Source: Candidatus Cloacimonadales bacterium
Lineage (GTDB): Bacteria; Cloacimonadota; Cloacimonadia; Cloacimonadales; JAIOQZ01
Length of the DNA stretch: 64,000 bases
Assembly (NCBI GenBank): GCA_963665815.1
Contig: OY762463.1
Location: forward strand, 3,008,001 to 3,072,000
Direction: 5' to 3'
The notes beneath the pieces are model-generated. The model worked only from the letters and a program-made list of their open reading frames with translations. It was not told the DNA's origin and searched no databases. Below are positions 1 through 9,954 of the stretch, one piece after another. Every line of letters starts with the position of its first letter. The first letter of the stretch is position 1. A program made the translations under genes and the position numbers.

Positions 1-1855
1 AGCGTGAATAAGTCAATACAAGAGTTCGTTTAGCTCGAGTTACTCCTACATAAAACAAACGACGTTCTTCCTCTGTCTTTTCCTGTGATTCTGTATTAAG
101 AACATGTGGAATAAGTTTTTCATTTACACCTGCTATGTAAACTACAGGGAACTCCATACCTTTTGCATTATGGAGTGTCATCAGTCTCAATTTCTCGGCA
201 TTATCCTCAACTCTGTCCAGATCTGTCATTAAAGTAATATTCTGAAGGAAATCTCTTAAATCCGGTTTTCGCTGGAAATCCACCTCAAACTGTTCTTCAA
301 ATTCTGCCGAAGCTCTGAGGAATTCCATAAGATTCTCATACTTGGCTCGATCCTGAATATCGTTACTTTTCTCATATTGCAGACTTATTTTAAAAGTGTC
401 CATTACTTTTTTAATTGCTTCTGACAAAGGATTAACTTCAAAGAAACTTCTACATTTTTCTATATTGTCAGTGAATTCACGTATATTGTTTCTTGTTGCC
501 GGTCTTAGTCTCTCTACTGTTTCTATTTCACACAATACCTGCCAGAAATTTCTGTCTGTTGCTTCAGCAGCAGTATCAATTCTTTCCAGTGATTTTGCTC
601 CGATTCCTCTTGGGGGAACATTGATTACTCTTCGGATATCAGCAACATTTTCGGAATTAATCATTACTCTTAAGTAGGACACAATGTCCTTAATTTCTTT
701 TCTCTGATAGAAATTAACTCCACCGACGATCTGATAAGGAATTGATCTTTTTACAAGTTCTGTTTCAAATATGCGCGATTGTGCATTAGTTCTGTATAAC
801 ACAACAAAATCTGTCAGCTTCCGATTGTTTTCTCTGATTTCATCATCCATGTGATTAAGTATTCGGTTGACTTCTTCATTCTCGTTTTCTGTTGCAAACA
901 CAATTGGTTTTTCACCAGATGAGTCTGAAGACCAGAGTACTTTATCATAGCGATTATCATTATTTTTAATAATGTCGTTTGCAAGATCAAGGATTTGAGT
1001 TGTTGATCTGTAGTTCTGTTCGAGACGAATCAGGGTAGCATTACTGAAATCTTTGTGGAAATTGAGCATGTTTTTTACAGTAGCTCCTCTCCAACTGTAT
1101 ATTGCCTGATCTTCATCTCCAACAGCGCAAATATTTTTATCTGAATTCGTCAGTTTTTCCAGAATTTTGTATTGTACATAGTTAGTATCCTGATACTCAT
1201 CTATCATAATGTAAGAAAACTTTTTCCTGTAGATCTTTGCAATATTATCATAGTTGTGGAGCAGTAAAGCTGTGTACATCAGCAGATCATCATAATCCAG
1301 AGCATTGTTAAGTTCAAGCTGCTTCTGATATTCAACGTAGATTTTGTGAGTTATCTCAGAATCAAGAGACCTGTTGTTAAATTCAAAAAAATCTTCCGGT
1401 TGAACAAGATTTGTTTTCATATTGCTGATTACTGAGAGCATTCCGGAATATCCGAATTTATCAGGATCAATTTTATTTTTTTTAAGGATATTTTTAACTA
1501 TTGATTTTTGGTCTACTGTATCGAAAATAACAAAATCCGAGTTAAAATAGAAATTCGCATTTTCTTTTCTCAGAATTCTGGCACATACACTGTGGAACGT
1601 TCCAACCCATAGTCGTCTGGCGAAAATATTGAATTGCCCGTATAGTCTGTTTCTGAGTTCAGCAGCAGCTTTATTTGTAAAAGTCACAATAAGAAGTGAG
1701 TCAGGATTGACTTTCTTTTCATGTATAAGGTATGCTGCTCTGTGGATGATTGTTCTGGTTTTTCCACTACCTGCTCCTGCGAGAAGAAGGAGTGGTCCCT
1801 CTGTATGTTGTACTGCCTGTAATTGTCTTTTATTCAGCTCATTGAGTATCTGCAT
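1..1855 (-). CDS. pcrA: ATP-dependent DNA helicase PcrA/UvrD (3' end runs off the window)
   Basis: Not in the ORF track. Manual translation from ATG 1855 gives MQILNELNKRQLQAVQHTEGPLLLLAGAGSGKTRTII (Walker A), and later DEYQDTN, VGDEDQAIYSWRGA, LEQNYRST, TLHNAKGMEFP and EERRLFYVGVTRA (SF1 helicase motifs). Confidence 0.95.
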   Translation of the reverse strand, partial: MQILNELNKRQLQAVQHTEGPLLLLAGAGSGKTRTIIHRAAYLIHEKKVNPDSLLIVTFTNKAAAELRNRLYGQFNIFARRLWVGTFHSVCARILRKENANFYFNSDFVIFDTVDQKSIVKNILKKNKIDPDKFGYSGMLSVISNMKTNLVQPEDFFEFNNRSLDSEITHKIYVEYQKQLELNNALDYDDLLMYTALLLHNYDNIAKIYRKKFSYIMIDEYQDTNYVQYKILEKLTNSDKNICAVGDEDQAIYSWRGATVKNMLNFHKDFSNATLIRLEQNYRSTTQILDLANDIIKNNDNRYDKVLWSSDSSGEKPIVFATENENEEVNRILNHMDDEIRENNRKLTDFVVLYRTNAQSRIFETELVKRSIPYQIVGGVNFYQRKEIKDIVSYLRVMINSENVADIRRVINVPPRGIGAKSLERIDTAAEATDRNFWQVLCEIETVERLRPATRNNIREFTDNIEKCRSFFEVNPLSEAIKKVMDTFKISLQYEKSNDIQDRAKYENLMEFLRASAEFEEQFEVDFQRKPDLRDFLQNITLMTDLDRVEDNAEKLRLMTLHNAKGMEFPVVYIAGVNEKLIPHVLNTESQEKTEEERRLFYVGVTRAKRTLVLTYSR

Positions 1856-1877
1856 CTAATATCCGTAATTGATTCAT

Positions 1878-2303
1878 CTATTTTACAATGCCATATCTTG
1901 GAGTAGATCTTCTTCCTTCCAGAATGAATTCTTCAATGTTCTTATAAGCTGAAATTCGGTAATAGTATAATTCATCTGCCTGGACTTCGGTATCCCTGTA
2001 ATACATGGTTTCAGGTGATATTCCCTGATCTCCGCCATTGTTATCAACTCTAATGTATTCTCCATCATAAGTTCTTGCTCTATATATGTAATAGCCATCA
2101 ATGTCCGGAATAGAATTCCATTCAATTTCCATAAACTTGATTACAGAGGATGATGTTGAAGGTGTAAGATTTATATCGCTTACTTCTCCTGGCTCTTTGA
2201 TATCAGGATTATTCTGAGGATCAACCGGATTGGATCTTTCCAGAGAACAGGAAATCAGGAGAACTGTTACGAAAACAAATATAAAAAAGTATTTATTCTT
2301 CAT
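1878..2303 (-). CDS. Lipoprotein with fibronectin type III-like domain
   Basis: Lipobox LISC, NPVDP motif and an FN3-like pattern (IEW..GYYIYR..YYYRISAY). Confidence 0.7.
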   Translation of the reverse strand: MKNKYFFIFVFVTVLLISCSLERSNPVDPQNNPDIKEPGEVSDINLTPSTSSSVIKFMEIEWNSIPDIDGYYIYRARTYDGEYIRVDNNGGDQGISPETMYYRDTEVQADELYYYRISAYKNIEEFILEGRRSTPRYGIVK

Positions 2304-2314
2304 AAACTATTCCT

Positions 2315-2908
2315 TTAAAATTTGATAGAGATGCCTGTAAATTCAGGAGATACGGTTATTTTATAAGCTTTATCGTGTTCCTTATTTACTCTGTCCCACA
2401 AACGACTATTATAGTTGTCTGCTTCATATCCTGCATCGTAAATAGAATAAGCCCAGACAATAATATAGGCAGCAAGAAATCCTTGCGAGATTTTATATGG
2501 GGTTTCTGCATCATTATAATAATTATTCATTTCATCAATTCTTCTGGATTCTTTATACTTGTCATATTTATCCATTGCTTTATCATAAAAGTAAAGCCCA
2601 CTTCCAAGAAGAATAAGTTCTGTACCAAGAATGATTTGACCTTTTACATGGCTTTCCGCCATAAAATGTCCCCAGCCTGGTATTACTGCAGATCGTCCCA
2701 TATTAACAGTTCTGTCCAGCTCATGCATCCTGTAAATCTGAAGAAGTTTTCTGCGTTTATCTAAATCTGTTCTGGCATCTTTTCTGATTTTAAAATCCTG
2801 CCAGTCATACTTATGCGGATCAGAGAATTTCTGTATGTCAAAATTCTCAGCTATAGCTATCTGGCATAAAATTAGTATAATAATTGAAATTGATATTCTT
2901 TTTATCAT
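2315..2908 (-). CDS. Exported/membrane protein, DUF5683-like
   Basis: Signal peptide, SAVIPGWGHF motif, W-x-Y-S-x-x-DA motif and terminal ISIKF. Confidence 0.6.
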   Translation of the reverse strand: MIKRISISIIILILCQIAIAENFDIQKFSDPHKYDWQDFKIRKDARTDLDKRRKLLQIYRMHELDRTVNMGRSAVIPGWGHFMAESHVKGQIILGTELILLGSGLYFYDKAMDKYDKYKESRRIDEMNNYYNDAETPYKISQGFLAAYIIVWAYSIYDAGYEADNYNSRLWDRVNKEHDKAYKITVSPEFTGISIKF

Positions 2909-4323
2909 AATTCTTCCAGCTTTCCTTCTACAAGTTTTTCACTCTCAGGATTTAAAGGAGAGACCTTTTTTTCTCTAAGATTTACTAACCAGACAAAGAA
3001 GTAGTTTTTATCCGGAGTTGTTATATCGTATCGTACTTCATATTTGGACTGGCCAATCGAAAGCATGTATCTCCATTCGGATGTTCGAACAAGATCTCCA
3101 TATTCTTCAATCAGTCTGTTCTCAAGTTTATTTATCCTGCTAAAGAGCATACCGTTTTTATATTCTGCGATAATTTCTTTAGCAAAGCCAATAGGATCTT
3201 CTTCTATCTTTATCATGTTTTCAGCTATGAAAATTTTATAAGAAGTTGATTCAAGTTGGTCATACTGATAGGATAATTTGAATTTTTCCAGTGCTTCCGG
3301 GTATTTTTCTTCACCTTCGAGAATTTCACCTTCGGCAAGATATTTCTCCGCTTTTGCTATTCTTACCTTGAATTCTTCCGCTTTCTTAATTCCTTCTATT
3401 GCGGCTTCGTAATCAGGGATAATTGTGAATGATTTTTTGTAGTGTCTGATACCATCATCAATTCTTCTGACAGACACAAGAGAATCCGCTTTCAATACGA
3501 ATAAATTACATATTTCATTCAATCGGTTATTCACAAATTTTGTGTTTTCCGGGTTATATTTAATTGCAATACGGAATAGACTGTCGGCAGAAATATACTC
3601 TCTCGATGAAATATTGCTTTCAGCTTCATCTATGTACAATCTGCTTATCTTTTTCATAATATCCGGTTTATGTATTGTTGGATAGGACGCTATCACATTA
3701 AGACTGTCAACAACATCATTGAATTCCAGTGAATCATCAAGGGATTCAATTGTTTTTTCCACATATCCGGGGATATAATCATCCATGAAAACCTGTGCCC
3801 TGGCAACGTTTTCATGTTTTGGATAATTATCATACATGTACATGTATCTTTTCCAGGCAATACTGTCGTTACTGAACTCATTGATTTGGAGATCAATCTG
3901 CTTGAATAGGACTTCCGGCATTAAATCAGAATCATCCAGATTATTTATTATCATTTCATAATAGGCATTCTGGGTTTTATGTTTGTCTGATTCTTTTGCT
4001 TTTTCTGCAAGCTGTAAATAACATCTATCAAGAATTCTGTCAGCTTTTTCCAGATTGGAAAGGTACATAAACCTGATAGCAAGTTTTAGTTTCTTCTGAT
4101 TATAAGCTTTCATTCCAAGCTGGAAGTAACATTCAGCTCTGTCCAGTTCTGCTTTTGTAATTTCTGCACCATTTTGCTCAAGAGCAATAAATCGATCGTA
4201 GTTTTCAATAGCTATGGCGTAATCACCATTGGCAAACTGCCTTCTGGCAATATAGTCATAATTAGAGGAGCAAGCAGTAATCAATAGTAATACTGCACTA
4301 TATAGTAAAAATTTTATTTTCAT
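2905..4323 (-). CDS. TPR-repeat lipoprotein
   Basis: Lipobox ITAC after MKIKF (likely start 4323) and helical TPR-like repeats. Confidence 0.7.
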   Translation of the reverse strand: MKIKFLLYSAVLLLITACSSNYDYIARRQFANGDYAIAIENYDRFIALEQNGAEITKAELDRAECYFQLGMKAYNQKKLKLAIRFMYLSNLEKADRILDRCYLQLAEKAKESDKHKTQNAYYEMIINNLDDSDLMPEVLFKQIDLQINEFSNDSIAWKRYMYMYDNYPKHENVARAQVFMDDYIPGYVEKTIESLDDSLEFNDVVDSLNVIASYPTIHKPDIMKKISRLYIDEAESNISSREYISADSLFRIAIKYNPENTKFVNNRLNEICNLFVLKADSLVSVRRIDDGIRHYKKSFTIIPDYEAAIEGIKKAEEFKVRIAKAEKYLAEGEILEGEEKYPEALEKFKLSYQYDQLESTSYKIFIAENMIKIEEDPIGFAKEIIAEYKNGMLFSRINKLENRLIEEYGDLVRTSEWRYMLSIGQSKYEVRYDITTPDKNYFFVWLVNLREKKVSPLNPESEKLVEGKLEEL

Positions 4324-5026
4324 CGGCGTACTCAAATTTGCCGTCTAACTTAATTGAGTCGGCAAGTTCTCTTGAAATTCCATGATTTAATATTATGCGT
4401 TTTATGTCGGTTTTGTCCAAGGACAAAATTTCTTCAGCAGAAGGATGCATAGCATCGACAACAACTGAATCAGAGATATTAATTATTGTTTCAAGCTCTT
4501 CTGAGATTCCTGAAACATCAGAAGTGTAAACAAGTTTTTTTGTGTCACTGCTTATAACATAGGACACAGAATTTAATCTGTCCTCCATGTTAAGGTCTTC
4601 AATATTCTTTATATAACCCACCATGTGGTCAGATTGGACAGTGCTGACTTCCTCAAAAACATTCTTTTCCACAAGATCAGTTACAATCTCGAAAGAATAT
4701 CTGCTTTTGAAGATATAGAAAGAATTAAGCATTGTGTTAAACTCATTCAATTGTTCAGGAAGATAGATATACAGCTTTTTTGTTCTTTTCTGCAGATTAA
4801 ACATTTGAAGCACCATGAAAATACCTGAAAGATGATCCGGATGGAAATGGCTGATAAATATTGCATCAACAGTATCTCCTGTTAGTCCATTTTTTATCAG
4901 GTTCCTGCAAGTGCCTTCTCCTGCATCAAAGAGCAGATTTTTGTTGTTTACTTTAACCCAGAGACAGGCATTAGATTTTCCTGTTTCCGGCATTCCGGAA
5001 CATGAGCCTATTACTTGAAACTGCAT
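4298..5026 (-). CDS. Metallo-beta-lactamase-fold hydrolase, RNase Z-like
   Basis: LLFDAGEG, SHFHPDH (HxHxDH), YTSD and ILNH motifs. Confidence 0.8.
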   Translation of the reverse strand: MQFQVIGSCSGMPETGKSNACLWVKVNNKNLLFDAGEGTCRNLIKNGLTGDTVDAIFISHFHPDHLSGIFMVLQMFNLQKRTKKLYIYLPEQLNEFNTMLNSFYIFKSRYSFEIVTDLVEKNVFEEVSTVQSDHMVGYIKNIEDLNMEDRLNSVSYVISSDTKKLVYTSDVSGISEELETIINISDSVVVDAMHPSAEEILSLDKTDIKRIILNHGISRELADSIKLDGKFEYADENKIFTI

Positions 5027-6108
5027 CAGATCTTACTTTCCTTAAGCTGATTTTTGGGTACGACGATTGGAACTTTATCCAGTTTACTGGCAAAGAAAAC
5101 AAAAACAATCGCAAAAATCAGTGTTGCACTGACAAGAAGATTAACTGACTGCATCTTCATTATCAGAATGGTTGTGAGAACAATTATACAGTTTATGAGA
5201 TATACTATCAAAGCTGTTACTTTAGTTGAACCCATTGCTGTTCCGATTCTGTGGGTGGAATGATCTTTTCCGCCCTGACTGACTCTTCTGCCATCTCTTT
5301 TTCTGGTAATGCTGACGAGAGATATATCAAAAATAGCAAAGCTGAGTAAAAGAACCGGGATAAGATAAAACCAGTTGCTGCTGGTTCGAATCACTGCCAT
5401 GCGTCCGGTAATCACTCCCATAGTACCCAGAAAATAACCTATAAACATTGAGCCTGCATCTCCAAGGAAGATTTTGGCAGGATTAAAGTTATGTGGAAGG
5501 AAACCCAATAATGATCCTGCAAAAGTTAATGAAAGCAGAGACATATAGTGAATTTGCGGCACGTTTGCATTGGTTTTGCATATAAAATTGAATGCGTAAA
5601 ATCCGAATGCAAGTATTGCCGCCATTCCGCTGATGATTCCATCCATGTTATCCAGAAAGTTCAGGGCATTCATTAAGCCAATCATCCAGAGTGTAAGAAT
5701 CGGGACTGTAATGTAAATTGGTCCAAGTATTTCAGTATAGTCGTTTGTAAACAGAAATACCAGACATACCAGAAGCTGTCCTGCCATTTTCACAAGTGGT
5801 TTCATACCGAATTTGTCATCAATAATCCCAACCAGGACAATAAGTGTTGCACCTGCAAGATAACCTATTACCGGGATATCAAAAGTTTTATCAGCGAGAA
5901 GAAGATTTCCGTAGATTGAGAAAATGATAAATCCTGTAAACACTGCAATTCCTCCCATCAGAGGGATAGCTTTTTTGTGTACTTTTCTTGCTGCAGGATT
6001 ATCTACAAAGTTAATCCTGAGAGCTAATTTTATAATGAAATGTGTTACTATAAACACACTGACTATCGAAAGTAGAAAGACAAAAAGATATTCATATACT
6101 ATGTTCAT
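5026..6108 (-). CDS. MraY/WecA-family polyprenyl-phosphate GlcNAc-1-phosphate transferase
   Basis: Multi-TM protein with RKVH..P.MGG, GIIDD, NALNFLDNMDG, FNPAKIFLGDAGS and DHSTHR. Confidence 0.9.
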   Translation of the reverse strand: MNIVYEYLFVFLLSIVSVFIVTHFIIKLALRINFVDNPAARKVHKKAIPLMGGIAVFTGFIIFSIYGNLLLADKTFDIPVIGYLAGATLIVLVGIIDDKFGMKPLVKMAGQLLVCLVFLFTNDYTEILGPIYITVPILTLWMIGLMNALNFLDNMDGIISGMAAILAFGFYAFNFICKTNANVPQIHYMSLLSLTFAGSLLGFLPHNFNPAKIFLGDAGSMFIGYFLGTMGVITGRMAVIRTSSNWFYLIPVLLLSFAIFDISLVSITRKRDGRRVSQGGKDHSTHRIGTAMGSTKVTALIVYLINCIIVLTTILIMKMQSVNLLVSATLIFAIVFVFFASKLDKVPIVVPKNQLKESKI

Positions 6109-7121
6109 ACAATATTTCCAATAAGCAGAGTCATTATCCAGTTAACGGGATATATAAGCCAGCCAAGCAGATTCAGATGAAAAACATGGTTGGCAAGCAT
6201 CAGAATCATGAAGATTATCATACCATTCCTTTCCTGTGCCGTATACCTGAAATAGACCTCATCCGGCAGAAAACCACCAAGAACTTTTGAACCGTCAAGC
6301 GGTGGAAACGGAATAAGATTGAAGAAGCCCAGGAAGAGATTAAAAAGAATTCCTATCTTCATAAGTTTAACAAGTAGATTAATCAGAAAAAATGTCAATG
6401 TATTATCAATTTTTCCTTGTTCACTGACTTCGTAAACATTTTCTGCTCCAAAGTAAACAATCCCTTCTCCTGCATTGACGCTGAGAAAATTAGCTTTGCC
6501 TGAACCTGGCAGATCATTTATAATAACAGCATCTCCAATAAACTGTGTGGCTACAGTTTTGAAATCCCTTTTAAGCTTGATGAATGGATAGTACTTGCCG
6601 TTTTTCAGATATGAGTCTTCAATATAAACTGATTTGCTTTCAGAATCCGAAAACAGGCAGGTAGATACTTTTTCTCCTGAAAAAGATTCCTTTGATTCTG
6701 CATAATATGTCTCAATAACGAATTCATTACCTTTGACAATATAGTCTGACAAGGGAACTGCAATTACTCTTATGAATATTGCAAGTATTATTGCCAGTAC
6801 AAAGTTAATCCCCGGTCCTGCTGCTGCAGTAATAGCCGTGTCCCGCTTGAAATTCTTGAAGTTATGTGGATTAATCGGTACCGGTTTTGCATAACCGAAT
6901 GTAAAAGAAAATCCACTTATCAACAATAACAGTAAGGGAAGTATAATTGTTCCGAATCTGTCGATATGGGCAATAGGATTCAACTTCAGTCTGTTCATCC
7001 GTTTTGCAGTGTCATCTCCAAGAAGGTATGCCGAGAAAGCATGACTGACCTCGTGGAAAGTTATGACCATCAGCACAACAGGGAACTGAAGTATTATATA
7101 AAGCAGATATTGAAAATTCAT
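6105..7121 (-). CDS. Site-2 protease (M50 family) with a ~120-aa soluble insertion
   Basis: HEVSH (HExxH), AGPGIN and NLIPFPPLDG motifs. Confidence 0.9.
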   Translation of the reverse strand: MNFQYLLYIILQFPVVLMVITFHEVSHAFSAYLLGDDTAKRMNRLKLNPIAHIDRFGTIILPLLLLLISGFSFTFGYAKPVPINPHNFKNFKRDTAITAAAGPGINFVLAIILAIFIRVIAVPLSDYIVKGNEFVIETYYAESKESFSGEKVSTCLFSDSESKSVYIEDSYLKNGKYYPFIKLKRDFKTVATQFIGDAVIINDLPGSGKANFLSVNAGEGIVYFGAENVYEVSEQGKIDNTLTFFLINLLVKLMKIGILFNLFLGFFNLIPFPPLDGSKVLGGFLPDEVYFRYTAQERNGMIIFMILMLANHVFHLNLLGWLIYPVNWIMTLLIGNIV

Positions 7122-7123
7122 TA

Positions 7124-8329
7124 CTAATTAAGTGGTATCACCTTAAGAAATCTTCTCTTACCGACTTTTACCACCATTTCAGATTCTACTCTTAACTCAA
7201 GGTCTGCATTGGTAACTTTTGTATCGTCTATTTTAACTGCACCTTGTTTTATAAGTCTACGAGCTTCACCGCTTGTTTTACACATATTGGTTTCAGTAAG
7301 CAGTTTAACAATCCAGATTGCTTTGTCGACTGAGTACTGAGGCATATCTGTAGGTACATCTTTTTGTGAGAAGATTCGGTTAAATTCAGCTTCTGCTATC
7401 TGAGCTTTTTCTTCACCGTGATACATCTGTACAACTTCACGGGCAAGACGTTGTTTTATATTTTTCGGATTTACATCGCCTGAATCAAGTTCTTTCTTGA
7501 TCTTTTCGATTTCTTCAGGAGAAACCTGAGTTGCATAATTGAAGTAATTGATAATACAATTATCAGGAATAGACATTACTTTGCCGTATTTGTCAAAAGG
7601 TTTATCATTTACTGCTATGTAATTGTTGAGGCTTTTGCTCATTTTCTGTAAACCGTCAGTTCCGACAAGGAGTGGAGAAAGAATTGCAACTTGTTCAGGC
7701 ATATTGAAATACTTCTGCATATCTCTACCTGCAAGAATGTTGAATTTCTGCTCTGTCGCACCAAGTTCTATGTCTGCTTTAACTGCTACAGAATCATATG
7801 CCTGAAGAATCGGATACATGATTTCGTGCATACCCAGCGGTAAACCGTTTTCATATCTTTTACGGAATGTATCATGAGCAAGGAATTGTGCAAGGGTAAA
7901 CTTACCAAGAAGATTAAGCACTTCAGCCATTCCCATCTTGCCAAACCATTCTGACTGCCATCTAACCTCAGTTTTGTTTCTGTCAAGAACAGTATAAAGC
8001 TGTTCCATGTAAGTTGCTGCGTTTTCTTTGACCTGCTCGGCTGTCAATGGAGGACGTGATTCGTCTTTTCCTGTTGGATCTCCAATTTGAGCTGTGAAAT
8101 CACCGATAATGATTACTCCGGTGTGCCCGAGATCCTGAAATTCTCTCATTTTACGAATTGGAACCAAATGACCGATATGTACATCATGACCTGTCGGGTC
8201 GATTCCATATTTAACTCTCAGCGGTTTCCATTCTTTTTCCGATTTTTTTAATTTATTGATAAGTTCCTGTTCCGGAACAATTTCCTCAACGCCTTTTTTG
8301 ATAATTTTCATTTTCTTCTCAAGATTCAT
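7124..8329 (-). CDS. tyrS: Tyrosine-tRNA ligase
   Basis: GIDPT, HIGH, YPILQAYD and KMSKS, plus a C-terminal S4 domain (KVGKRRF). Confidence 0.97.
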   Translation of the reverse strand: MNLEKKMKIIKKGVEEIVPEQELINKLKKSEKEWKPLRVKYGIDPTGHDVHIGHLVPIRKMREFQDLGHTGVIIIGDFTAQIGDPTGKDESRPPLTAEQVKENAATYMEQLYTVLDRNKTEVRWQSEWFGKMGMAEVLNLLGKFTLAQFLAHDTFRKRYENGLPLGMHEIMYPILQAYDSVAVKADIELGATEQKFNILAGRDMQKYFNMPEQVAILSPLLVGTDGLQKMSKSLNNYIAVNDKPFDKYGKVMSIPDNCIINYFNYATQVSPEEIEKIKKELDSGDVNPKNIKQRLAREVVQMYHGEEKAQIAEAEFNRIFSQKDVPTDMPQYSVDKAIWIVKLLTETNMCKTSGEARRLIKQGAVKIDDTKVTNADLELRVESEMVVKVGKRRFLKVIPLN

Positions 8330-8797
8330 GTCTCATTTCCTTAAAAAAAATTTGCTTTCAAAAAAACGCTGCCACTTTTGATCTGTCAATCTAATTGAGA
8401 AATAATTATTTATCAAAATTGCATAATTAATGTTATTATTAACCTGTGATTAGAATCTATGCTGCATTTCAATAAAATCGGTGTAAATCTCAGCCCAATT
8501 GTGACCTGTTACAAAAGATAGTTTGAATTTGAGACAGAACATTCAGATTTATGTTAAACAATAATTTCAGGAGAACGAGAGTATGCAGAAAAAATAACCT
8601 TTTGTCTCGTAAACTCGATATTTCCCTACCAGGGAAACAATCAAAACGGGTGCTAAACAAAACTACTTTGTTTGCTGGAAAATCTGTAGAACTAATTTCA
8701 TAGTACTCATATAAAGTGGTAGTGAAGAGAAAATATCTTGTCAGAAAAGAAATCCAATATTACATAGCATAGGTTGAAAGTTTTAAAAGGAGTTGTT

Positions 8798-9952
8798 ATG
8801 AGAACGGATTCAGGACATTGCATTACATTGCATACAATAAAGAAGTGTCTCATTTGTGGAAAACCTATTGAGATAAGAATTGATAGGTGTGAGGGATTAT
8901 TCCATTGCCCATTCTGTGGGATGTATAAAGTAAAAGATAAAGTGTTCAGGGGAGGTTACTCTTACATTGAGAACCTTGAAACTGCAAAAAAGAATAAACT
9001 CAGATATTTATTAAGATATCATGAGAATGTGATGATGAAAAGAATACTTGATTTATCTGAAATTGAACGATATGGATATGCTGTAAACACTCAAAGAGAT
9101 TTATATGTTTTTCTTGCAAATAAGGGAAAGTTCAAAGATAAGAATTATCCTATTGCTCCTAAGTTTTATAAGGAAGAAGATATTAAAGATAATCTCGCAA
9201 AATTCAACGATAGAAATCCAAGTTATGATTCTGAGCAATTAATATTAGAGCATTTGATTTCAAAGAATTGTGTGAAAGGAAAATATTGTGATATAACAGC
9301 AAATGATTTTCCTCTGTTCTTGATAGATAATTCTGATACATATGAATACTGCATAGAAAACCTTGAAGAACACAAGAAAATCAAAAAAAAAGATGGTAAC
9401 AAGTACTTGATCACAGCTAGAGAATTGTCTGTCAATTCTGCAACTCCTGAGTATATTACAAAACCAATAGATGAACTTAAAGAAAAGGATATAGAAAACA
9501 TCATAAAAAGTGGAGAAGGAAATACTGTTGAGTTTAAATTATCCTTAAGATGGGATTTGAAACTGAATAAAGTCAATAAAGACTTAACAGATAAAGTTAT
9601 TAAAACTATTGCAGCATTCGCAAATACAAATGGTGGTTTGATTTTAATAGGAGTTCACGATTCTGGTGACATTAAAGGTATTCCAAAAAATTTTGAAGAA
9701 CTTAAAACAATGGACAATTATCAAAAGCATATTGATGATAGAGTTCAGGATAAACTGGGGAATGTTGTATGTGCTTACAAAGACCAGAGTTTTTTTGGGT
9801 TTAATGGAAAAAATGTTCTAATGATTAGAGTACGTGAATCTAAAACATGTATTTCATATGATAACAAAGATATAATTGTTAGAAGAGGTGTGTCAAATAT
9901 CACTTTATCAGCTAATGATGCAATTGAATATGGAAGAAAATGGAGAAATTAA
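8798..9952 (+). CDS. Zn-ribbon + putative winged-helix + Schlafen/AlbA_2 domain protein
   Basis: AAGGAG RBS before ATG 8798. N-terminal CLIC-x16-CPFC. C-terminal GEGNTVEFK and IAAFANTNGGLILIGVHDSG are typical AlbA_2 motifs. Confidence 0.85.
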   Translation: MRTDSGHCITLHTIKKCLICGKPIEIRIDRCEGLFHCPFCGMYKVKDKVFRGGYSYIENLETAKKNKLRYLLRYHENVMMKRILDLSEIERYGYAVNTQRDLYVFLANKGKFKDKNYPIAPKFYKEEDIKDNLAKFNDRNPSYDSEQLILEHLISKNCVKGKYCDITANDFPLFLIDNSDTYEYCIENLEEHKKIKKKDGNKYLITARELSVNSATPEYITKPIDELKEKDIENIIKSGEGNTVEFKLSLRWDLKLNKVNKDLTDKVIKTIAAFANTNGGLILIGVHDSGDIKGIPKNFEELKTMDNYQKHIDDRVQDKLGNVVCAYKDQSFFGFNGKNVLMIRVRESKTCISYDNKDIIVRRGVSNITLSANDAIEYGRKWRN

Positions 9953-9954
9953 AT

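Noticed and set aside
6399-6755. Intein in the site-2 protease
   Set aside because: No N-terminal Cys block or C-terminal His-Asn splice junction, and the insertion is in an extramembrane loop.
8330-8770. T-box riboswitch upstream of tyrS
   Set aside because: No GGTGGNACC T-box motif or terminator/antiterminator found on the minus strand.
8330-8797. RtcR-like sigma54 control of rtcB by the nearby bEBP
   Set aside because: No GG-N10-GC promoter found upstream of the operon, and the bEBP has TPRs rather than the CARF domain of RtcR.
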